Under the pieces are notes generated by a model. It ran no database searches and was not told the DNA's origin. It saw only the letters and a list, made by a program, of their open reading frames with translations. The position numbers and the translations under genes are program-made. Positions 27,319-38,419 of a stretch of DNA of 64,000 nucleotides are shown piece by piece. The first letter of the stretch is position 1. Each line of letters starts with the position of its first letter. Source of the stretch: the human T2T-CHM13v2.0 reference genome, Homo sapiens. The stretch lies in assembly GCF_009914755.1 (NCBI RefSeq), contig NC_060931.1. One strand, given 5' to 3'.

Positions 27319-29786
27319 CCCTAAACCCTAATCCAGCAAATCTTGCTCAGGATGGTACAAACTGGCCAAGGTCAAAGCTGACACGTCCACTGTGCCACAC
27401 AGCATCCCCCTTCCCTTTGCGGAGGCTTCCATCCGGAGCGTTTCAGTGGTGTGAGGGGCACAAAGCACTGTCACGGTTCGATCCTCCAGCCCCGGGGCAG
27501 GACGGGGCTCCCCTTCCCACCCTCATCCTGGAGTTCCCAAACTGGCTCATTCCAGCCGGATAGAGGCTATGGGGCAGGAGCTGGGTGCAAAGGTCCCAGG
27601 CCATCACCAGCTCGGAGGGTGCGTGGCCTTCTCGCAGCGCGGGGCTTCCCTTGAGGCCACGCGGCGGGGGGAGGCACCGCTGGCAACAGGCCCGCCCAAG
27701 CCCAGCCCCATCTCTGCAAACGTTGTGACTGCCCAGCTCCCTGGCTCTACTTTTAGTTTGTCTCCAGCGACTGTGCAGGCTTTCTGGAGCACCTCTCCCC
27801 AGAGGGCCAGCGACATGTACATTCTGACAGAAATGCCCCACTCAGCAGCAACCATCTGAACTCCTCCAGCCTGCCTCAGTGTCCCCAAAGACTTCTGCCT
27901 TGGGTCCATCTCTCTGACGTCTTCCCTCTCCCTGGGTCTCCAGCTCTGTCATTGGCTTGAAACAGTTCCAGAGACACACGACATGGCAGCCAGCCTTGAT
28001 TAAAGCATGTCTATGGGGTCTATGAACTTTAGCACTAATAGGGAAGCTGCTTTTTCTTAGACCGACATAAGGGAGAAAGAGCACGCTTGCTACCAAAGTC
28101 TCGGCAGAACACCACGCACAGCTACGCTTCCAGTGAGTTACTTCCTAAAACCATTCCCATCACCTTCATAATCAGCCATGCCTTACAAGAGGCATGGAGG
28201 CTCAGAGCAGGGAGCCAAGGCGGGATGCCAACAGGCCAGGACTCTGACCTCTACGGCCCTTTGCTACTTTGAAAGGCCAGCATGGCCTCAGGATAGAATG
28301 TGCCGTCAGTCCTTCCCCTTCCTCTCCATTGCATCCTCCCCCTCCTCCTCCAAGACCCTGGAGCTGTGCCCATAAAGGTGACCCAAAATGCCCAAGAAAG
28401 GCTGAAGCCAAGCAAGGCGACACCTTCGTTAGGTCCAAGGGCCACGTTCCCTTCCCCAGTACACAGCCATCAACCGAATTCAATTGATAAATTACTTAGT
28501 AGTTCTAGGTCTCCACCACCGTCCACTACCCACTGGCCCTAGGCTGTCCCCTAAAATGGATTCTTCCTTCCTGGTGTCCCAAAGCCTAGATGGGCTGTTG
28601 ACAGGAAGCGGGCAGTGGGGACATTCAAAATCATCAGAGCCCGAGAGAGGAGGTTTGCAACAATTGCCTCCAACACCCTAGGCCACGGTTCTGTTTATGA
28701 TATGGGCTGGAGGCTGAGGTCCCCAAAACGACTCAATCCAATTCAATGAAGAGACAAGCTGCTTGGGCACTAGGGGTGCGAGGAGGCCACCAAATGACCC
28801 CAGTCACAGGCCAGCCAGGGCCACAGTGTCTTTCAAGAGTTATTACTCCTCAGAATCCAAGATGTCCTTGGCAGTGGCAGTCCCTGCACACCACAGTCCT
28901 CTGAGGCTGGGGTGAGGAAGCAAATGTGATTCCCCATGGACGTGCTGCCCTCTGCTGAGACACACCCGGGCTATGACCAGACTCATCATTTCCCCCAAGA
29001 ACCGGCCCCTTATCCCAAATACCTCCACATCAGTTCCTGCCACCTCAACCCCTTGCCATCCACTAGGCTGGCCTTCTCACGTCCCACGTCTGCCCTTCTG
29101 CATTCTCTCATCACAACTGCAGTTCAGGCCCTCGGACCCTTACCCTGGGGGGGGGCTTTTGCCAAAGTACTTGAGTTGGTTTCCTTGACACCAGCCCGTT
29201 TCCCATCACTCCACTCTGTACACTTTTCCAGGCTGATTCCCATGGAATGCTGTTTTCTTTACCTTTAATGGCTTCTTAGTTCAGGTCCCCCCAGAAAAGA
29301 CACTCAGACAGGAACTTAGGTTCAGGAGTTTATCCCAGGGAGTGCAGACAAGGGAATGGGGAAACTGAGGCAGGAACTGGCCAGAAGGGCCAGTAAGGTG
29401 CATTAACGAGTGGGTTACACTGTGGATCCCCACCCTGCTAGGGATCCCCTGAGGCATCCTGCAGAACCCAGGTCAGAACTTCCCACTGAGCAGCAGGGCG
29501 GCTGGGCCATTGGCCACCAACTGGACCCCTCCTGGGTTGAGGGTTGCCCCTCAGGGCATAATCCCAGCACTTCCAGGGGTTCCTGCACTAGGCTGAGCAA
29601 GCTGCCAGGGTCTGAGAGGATTCCTTCAGGTGGGGAGGGAGACACGAGTAAGAGGCAGTCCACCAAGGCTGCAGGTGAGGGTGGGCTGGGCCCCAGGCAC
29701 CAGGAGGAGGCTATCCACAGCGTCCACCGCAGCTTCTTCACGCCTTCAGGAGGGGGTCCTCACGCCTTAGGCCTGGTCTTCAAGGC

Positions 29787-29971
29787 AGCATTGCCAGATC
29801 AAATACAGGACGCCCCCATTAATCTGGGATTTCACATCAACAATGGATACTTTTTAGTATTTCCCAAATATTGTATGGCGCATACCTATGCTAAAACATG
29901 ATTCATTGTCTACCTGAAATCTAGATTCAACTAGGCATCTTGTATTTTTAGTTACTACAGCTGGCAACCCT
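29787..29971 (+). mobile_element. MER53 palindromic MITE
   Basis: TTGCCAGATCAAATACAGGACGCC ... GGCATCTTGTATTTT ... CTGGCAACCCT inverted termini. Confidence 0.8.
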
Positions 29972-30815
29972 ATGTCCAGGTCCTTCCTGATCCAGTCTCA
30001 AAGCATTTCCTATGACTCTAGCTCTCAAACCCTTTCGCCAGGAGGCGTGGCTCTTCACCTGGAAGCAGCCATCCCCTCCCGCCCGATTCTGTGGGGTGCT
30101 CCCACTGGTTCCTTAGTGGGAGTATCACCCCCACTTCTACGTGACTCCTGCCTGCCATCTCTGGGTGTAAAGTCTCTCTAAACACATCAGGCCACTGTCA
30201 TCGCTCCTTCTGCCTCTAGAAACAGGTGTGGTCTGCACTGGCCATCGTATGACCCTGGATCATTTGCTAGCCTTTGTCTGAAAGCCTCATTTTCCCAGCG
30301 AGGTTATAACTGCCACCTAGCCTGGCACAATGATCCATAGGTAATGACCATTAGGCAGATGAGGGGACCTCCCTGGTACCCAAAGCAACTGCAAGCCCTG
30401 TGAGGACTTGGGCAGATCTTCCCCAGATCTCACCCTAACCAGAGCCTGGGCACGTGGTCACCCTCAGCCACTGTGGAATAACTGAATGAATACTACTTTC
30501 GCGGTGGGCTGGCTCATGCCAAGAACGTTATGAAAAGCTGCCAAAGTCACCACTGGCAGCAAGAAGGGTGGTCCGAGGACCCCAACTATAACATGGTTTT
30601 TCAACGTTCACGGCCTGGCCTCACAGTCCTTTTTCTGGTTCTGGATTTTGTCTCACACTATCGCTGGCACCACCCCACGGGCACGCCCACACATCACTCA
30701 CACCCTGCATTTGGAACCAGCCTCAGCATGTGGCTGCCACACAAAATGGCCCAACCACTGGACAATGGCATGTTCTTGTTTCTCTCTATATATTTTTTTA
30801 AAAAACTAGGTGTCT

Positions 30816-31350
30816 GATGTATATGTATATGTATATGATGTATATGTATATGTATATGATGTATATGTATAAGTATATGTATATGATGTATATGTATATG
30901 ATGTATATGTATGTATATGTATATGTATATGATGTATATGTATATGTATATGATGTATATGTATATGATGTATATGTATATGTATATGATGTATATGTAT
31001 ATATGTATATGTATATGATGTATATGTATATGATGTATATGTATATGTATATGTATATGATGTATATGTATATGTATATGATGTATATGTATATGATGTA
31101 TATGTATATGTATATGATGTATATGTATATGTATATGATATATATGTATATGTATATGATGTATATGTATATGTATATGATGTATATGTATATGATGTAT
31201 ATGTATATGTATATGATGTATATGTATATGTATATGATGTATATGTATATGATGTATATGTATATGTATATGATGTATATGTATATGTATATGATGTATA
31301 TGTATATGTATATGATGTATATGTATATGATGTATATGTATATGTATATG

Positions 31351-31380
<30 letters not shown>
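30816..31380. repeat. ~565 bp (GTATAT)n repeat punctuated by GAT
   Basis: Direct inspection; mixed 15/21/27-bp blocks. Confidence 0.95.
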
Positions 31381-31381
<1 letters not shown>

Positions 31382-31426
31382 AGCCATACATTTATAGGAC
31401 ACTTTACACTTGTCAAGAGTTTTCCC

Positions 31427-31736
31427 GGGATGGGTGTGATGGCTCACGCCTGTAATCCCAGCACTTTGAGAGGTCAAGGTGGGCGGGTCACTCGAGCCCA
31501 GCTCATGTGGACCAGCTTTGGGCAACATGGTAAAACCTCATGTCTACAAAAAAAATAAATAAATTAGATGGGTGTGGTGGCACATGCCTGTAGTCCCAGT
31601 TACTCAGGAGGCTGAGGTGGGAGGATCACTTGAGCCTGGGGAGGTTGAGGCTGCAGTGAGCCATGATTGCACCACTGCATTCCCACCTGGGGAGCAGAGT
31701 GACACCCTGACTCAAAACAAAAAAAACAACAAAAAA
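31427..31736 (+). mobile_element. AluJ
   Basis: Diverged dimer with GAGGCTGCAGTGAGCCATGAT; TSD AAGAGTTTTCCC. Confidence 0.92.
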
Positions 31737-32386
31737 GAGTTTTCCCATGAATTACTTTATTTCAATATCCGTATAAAGCAGGAAAAATGGGTATTATTTC
31801 CTGCATTTGACAAATGGGAGAAACAGTAGTTACACGGTTAGCTCAAGTGATCACTGTTTAAGAGGTTTGTGGCAGCAACATCTAACTTTTAACTCACGAA
31901 CATGGTTTTAAATGTCTTACATGAGAGATGTAAACAAGAATGTTTCATTTTCAAATAGAACACTTATTCCTGCATAATCGAGTCACCACCGTGGGGGCCA
32001 CACAGCAGCCAGGGGTCCAAGTTTCCAGCCCCAGAGCTTTCCAGCCAGGGAGGGCTGGCCCAGGGCCCCTGTGGGGCTACTTGGCATCAGGTGTCTGGAG
32101 ACCCGCCCCTGGACTCCACCCTCTTCACCCAAGAGTTAGGCACGTGTGGGCCGGAGTTTACACAGGAGGACCTTAGCGGGGCGTCTAAAAGAAGGGTGGC
32201 TCAGCAAACACGGGGCAGTGCGCCCTGGGATTCACAGTGGGAAGTGAGTGGCCTGCCTCGGCCATGCCAGCTGCGCCTGACCCTGTCGGGAAGGATTAGC
32301 TTTAATGAGGGGTCCGGACAGCCCATTCACTGCGCACTCCCACCCTGCCCCGGGAGAGCAAAATAACTTTCTCTACGGAGCACTCT

Positions 32387-32387
<1 letters not shown>

Positions 32388-32441
<54 letters not shown>
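32388..32441. repeat. (GT)27 microsatellite
   Basis: Perfect dinucleotide run at the CpG island edge. Confidence 0.95.
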
Positions 32442-32443
<2 letters not shown>

Positions 32444-33264
32444 ACAAACATTTACTTGGTTGGCTGAGGCGGAGGGTGTGACCCAGTGGGCCACACCTCC
32501 CACCGCCCTACCCCGCTACGTGGAGGCGAGGAACAGTGGCCGCGGGCTACCGGGGCGCCTTCCGAAAAGAGAACCACTACGCGGCCCGCCGCCCCTCTGG
32601 CTGGACAAAGTGAAGCCGCAGGCAGATCCGAGTCGCCAATGTCCTCCCGGGCGGCTGGCGCGGACGGGGCTGAAGTTCAATGCAGCCTGCACGGATTAGG
32701 GAGCTCCGAGCCCCCAAATACCACAGAGACCCAAAGTACACTCCCGGGGCGGGGGAAGGGAACGGCGGCAGAGGAGACCCCCGCTCCAGGCCCAGAAACG
32801 CCCGGAGAGAAACTGGAGCGGAGGGGGTGCATTGGAAGACGCAGCTACACAGCTCCCCCCAACCCCCGCCCCGCTGCTTTCCCCACCCACCGCCCCTCCC
32901 CTCTCCTCCCTCCCCTCCCCTCTCTCCGTCTCCAGCAGCCGAGCGCGGGCTCCACCTCCCCGGAGCGCAGTCCACACCGTCCCTTTTCAGCAAAACAACA
33001 CAACGCACCGCCCCCCGCACCCGCACCCGGCTGGATACCGGGCTACGCCCAGCCGCCCACCCGCCGCGCCCGGCGCCCCCTCTAGTCTGCAGCCGCCCAG
33101 CCCCCGCCCCAGGCGGAGCCCCAGCCCTGGCTGCACGCGGGCAGAGAGAGAGATTGAGCCCCGGCTCCGCCAGCCCAGCTCGGGCCCTGTCCCTCTACCC
33201 TTTCCCCAAGCCGCCCGAAGTGACAGGAGGGGCACGCACGGCGCGCGCGGGGCGTCCAGCGTTA

Positions 33265-33940
<676 letters not shown>

Positions 33941-36090
33941 ATAAACCAGCTCGGAGCCTGCAGCTGGGTCCGTCCTCCTTTCTGGGCGAGAGGGAGGGCG
34001 GCGGGGGAAGAGGAGGTGCAAGGCGAGCCCTCTGCGCAATTAGGCTACGGGCGGCCGCTGGCAGAAGTTCTGGCGGCGGCGCTCGCGGCCCTGCGCGCCG
34101 GAGGGGGCGCCCGGAGTCCAGCGGGCCAAGAAGGGCAGGGCGCCCGCTCCTCGCCCCCCGCCGCGCCGCGGCCCCAGGGGACCGCAAGGGGACAGTGAGG
34201 GGCCGGGCCTGGCACCGACGCAAGCTCGGGGAGCGCGGGTGGTGGGAGGCGGCGCGTGTTGAACAGGAAGTGCGCGGCGTGCAGCGCCACCGTCCCGCTC
34301 CCCGTCGCCCCACGCCGCCCTCGTCGCCGCGCCCAGACCCCTGCGGCGGCCGCAGCCGCTTGGGACTCGCTGCGAGCTGGTTTCGGATCCATCCCGCCTC
34401 CCGGCGTCTCACTGTGTGCCCTACCCTTTGAAACACGCCCCCGCGCCCGCCCTGCCGTAGACCAGGCAGCGAGGAAGCCCACAGTCTCCGGGGGCGCTGC
34501 GCGCGAAGTAGCACGTGCTTCTCGAAACACCGCAGCCCCCGGGTCCCGCCCCGCCCGGCGCGCGCACTCGAACCCGCCCAGAGAGCGGTGCGTGGCGCTG
34601 GGTGCGAGCAGGGTCTAGCCACCCCCACCCTCACCCCACCCCACCCCACCCTGCTTTTTTCAGGTTCATCAAGGTTTGCGCAGTGGATCCGCGGTAAGTG
34701 CGTGTCCCCACGCCGCGGGAAACGTGGGGCTCCTGAGACTGCGGAAAGAATTGGGAGAAGGGGAGGGCTCGAAGACCCGGGCGAGGGTTCCCGGTGCGGC
34801 CCAGGTCCTTTAGAGCCCCGGGTGGGCATCCAGTACCGCCTGCTGCCGAGGGCCCTAGAGGGGTTGGGGGAGGGGGCTGGTGTGTCCCCCACCCCCAGAT
34901 GCGCCCCAGGATGGCGCGACCTCGGCTCCCTGGTGGAAAGTAGGGGGAGTGCTGGCTTGGGGGTCGCTTCCCCTCCTGCTCTAGTTTCTGAGGATGTGAT
35001 GACCCCAAAGGTCATTGGCGCTCCCAGAATGCTGACGTCAGCTCAGCCGCTCCGAGTAATCAGTAATGCAGGGAGGCCACCCGCAGAAAGAACGCGACAG
35101 GGGTCGCTTTGGGGACACCATAGGGCCTTTACTCCTTTTGAGGTGCGTGCTTTCGCAGGACTCCCTCCCCAGAGGAGGAGGCATGATCAGCCCACCCAAA
35201 GGATCATCTCTTAGGAAGCAGGCGTGCGCCCACGCAGGGAGAAGCATCCTTCCTTTCAGCTGCTTGCCGGGTGGCTTTTCCAACCCGAGTTCCAGCAGCT
35301 TGCACAAAATCCTTACAGCTTGGGTGGTTCCCTGGCTCATAGGGGTGGGTTTATATTCTTTCTCCTTCTCCTCTGCTCTCTGGTCCAGAATGAAGCCAGC
35401 CTGGAAGATCCCCAGTCTCGAGACAGAGCCTGACAGGGGCAGATGCACTGGAAGGACCCTGTCTGGGTTTAGCAACCAAGCAGCCATCCTGGCCCCACAG
35501 GTGTGGGACTTCTGGGTCTTCTCCTGGCTGGCTTCTTGCTAGAGGATTTCAAGAGACCCAGCAAGACTGTATTGTCCCACTGAATGCTCAAGATATTGGT
35601 TAGAAGTAGAAAAGGGGAGGGGGTAGTATTTAGCCTCTGTCCCCACTAAAAATTATTCCCAATTGTCATTTGTGTCATCTGTTTAGCTTACAGTTTTAAT
35701 CCTTGTCAAAATGATCATTTGCCAGGGTGCATAAAACACCCTATTTGATGAGAACTGGTTTTAAAGGAAAATGGGGCCATCAGAAGGAAGCCGGTTGGTG
35801 TGAAGAGACGTCTGGGAAGAGCCCCTGGCGAGGGCCCTCATTCCACTGGGTGACCCAGAAGGAGAAAACCGCGATGGCGCTTCTCATTTGAAATGTTTTC
35901 TTTATGGACAGTGTTTAGCAATTGTTATAATGTGTACTTTTGTTGATTGATCTGTATACATATGTAAAATAATTTGTTCTCTGAGTTAATTTTGTTGGAA
36001 CAAAGACTTTAGTGCTTCCTACATTAAAACATTTTACTGTATTGCCTGCATTTTAAGAGCCTTTTTTTAATTTTTAATTTTTTTGGTCCT

Positions 36091-37030
36091 TGTGATATGA
36101 CGAGGTATAAATTCTGGGTTTTGTCCAGGGTTCCTGGCTTAGCACTCTCGTCGCCCTCATCACAGTCTCTTGTTATAATGTTGGGGCGCTTTAGGCCTCA
36201 GACACCCCAGGAAACAATCTCCTCTGAACTTCCCCTGCCCTCCTTCACCACCTCACCAGCCCAAGGCAGGACTCTAATCCTCCCTCATCTTTCTGATTGT
36301 GGGACTTAAGACCCTCTATTCAGAAGGGGTCCTGCCCCATTCCCGAGAGGAAGAAATCCTGCACGGAAAGGCCAATAACGGTCGGAATAGGCAGGACTTG
36401 TTTGGGTGTCCACACTTACTCAGTCACTATTGGATCATACCTTTTTGTTCGATCACATTTCTGCATGGTCGTCAATCGTGTCTGTCCAATGAAGTCTCCT
36501 TAAGAAGCCCAAGAGGTCTGGGTTTGGGGGCTTCTGGATCCCTGGACATGTGGAGGCTGCTGGAAGACGGGGTGCCTGGGAAGGGCATGGAAACTCCGTG
36601 CCTGTTCTCCCTGTACATCCCATCATCTGTGTTCTTGGTAATATGCGTTATAATAAACCAGTAAATGTACATTTCCCTGAGTTCTGTGTTCCACTCTAGC
36701 AAATTAATGAACCTGAGAGGGGGTTGTGGGAACCCCAATTGAGAGCCCAGCCTGTCGGTCAGAAGCTCCGGATGCCTGGACTTGCAACTGCTGTGCGAAG
36801 TGGGATGGGGGTGGGGTGCCTTGGGGATTGAGCCCTCAACCTGTGGGATCTGCCACTATCTCCAGGTAGACAGTGTCAGAAATGAGTTGGAAGACACCCT
36901 GGTGTCTCCTGCGGAACTGATTGCTTGCTTGGCAGTGGGGAGAACCCCCAACACACACATATGGTGACACGAACCTTCCGCGTTGATGATTGTCGTAGCG
37001 TGAGAGCAGAGGAAAAAACAATTTGGGATT
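36091..37030 (+). mobile_element. MER21-like ERV LTR
   Basis: TGTGATAT start, GGTTCCTGGC, ATAATAAACCAGTAAATG...TTTCCCTGAGTTCTGTG, CCTCAACCTGTGGGATCTG...GTAGACAGTGTCAGAA. Confidence 0.75.
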
Positions 37031-37654
37031 TTTCCCTTCAGGGTTCTATATGTGAATATTTCTGAATTATGGGGGTTGCTTATAGATGATGTCAGAAGAA
37101 GTTTACCTGCCATTTTTTTCCTTCTAGAGATACATTAACAAATTGATCACATATCTTCTGACTGGTGGAGTCTCAGAGTGGAAGGAACACAGTAATTGTT
37201 TTGATTTGAGGTGTTTTCTGAAAACCCCCGTCTTCCCCTCCCGTTGGTGTGCACACAGTTATTTTAGCCAGGAGCTAAATGTCGCGGGCCCACGCGACGT
37301 TGTTCATATAATGACCCCTGACATTCACTCTTTCTCTATGCCCTACCTATGACCTCCTTCTCAACATTAATGCAGTAAAATCTGTGCTGAACAAAAGGCC
37401 AAAACTTTAAGTAAGGCTCTGACAATGTCACTGATTCTGCCTTTTGCCTCCGGTGCCAATATTGCTCGGCTCAGCACTGTTACTGATCCTGTCTTTGTGT
37501 AAAATTCTAATGTTTAGAAATATATTGCATTACATATTCTTTATCTTGGTGACTGAGTTTTTGGCACCCCCTTAAATTTTGCACCTGAGGCCAATGCCTC
37601 ATTCACCTCCCCCTCGTCTTCCGAGAAGGATGAGAAGGAGAACTTGGCCAGGCC

Positions 37655-37740
37655 TGGAGCTGGGGCTGGGGCTGGGGCTGGGGCTGGAGCCGGGGCAGGG
37701 GCTGGGGCTGGATCTGGGGCTGGGGTCAGGGCTAGGGCTT
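37655..37740 (+). repeat. (GGGGCT)n degenerate hexamer repeat
   Basis: About 14 hexamer units with many G3-G4 runs. Confidence 0.88.
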
Positions 37741-38076
37741 AGGCCAAAGCACCCAGCTTGCTTCAGCCAGAGGAGCTGCCTCTGACCAGCTATGCAATGG
37801 GGGCAGGTCCCTTAGTTCCCCATCTGTAAGAGAAGTGGGATGGTCTTCAGAATATTTCTGTGGCCTCTTTAAGGGAGCTTGTATTTTTGTCCTGATTGTA
37901 TTTGGTATGTCTTTGTTAATTGTATTGCTCTAGTAATTTATTTTTTATTGAATTTTACAAAGTATCATTCCACAGTAAGTTGGAAATTAAAAACAAACAG
38001 AAACAACTAAAAAACCACCCAAGGCCCTTCCTACAGATGGTTTGGGATAGCTTGTTGGAGAAAGGGGCATATTGAG

Positions 38077-38419
38077 TGTATCAGTCTGTTCCCATGCTGC
38101 TAGTAAAGACATACCTTAGACTGGGTAATTTATAAAGGAAAGAGGTTTAATTGACTCACAGTTCCACATGGCTGGGGAGGCCTCACAATCATGGTGAAAA
38201 GCAAGGAGAAGGAAAGACACGTCTTACATGACAGCAGGAAAGAGAGAGTGTGCAGGGGAACTCCCATTTATAAAACCATCAGATCTCGTGAGACTTATTC
38301 ACTATCACGAGAACAGCATGGGAAAGACCCACCCCCATGATTCCTCCCACAACACATGGGAATTATGGGAGCTACAATTCAAGATGAGATTTGGGTGGGG
38401 ACACAGCCAAACCCTATCA
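38077..38419 (-). mobile_element. THE1 (B/C-like) MaLR solo LTR
   Basis: Reverse THE1 ending GGGGACACAGCCAAACCCTATCA; 5-bp TSD TTGAG/CTGAG. Confidence 0.9.

Noticed and set aside
30694-31528. Poly-HI / poly-MY / poly-YT ORFs
   Set aside because: Simple-repeat artefacts.
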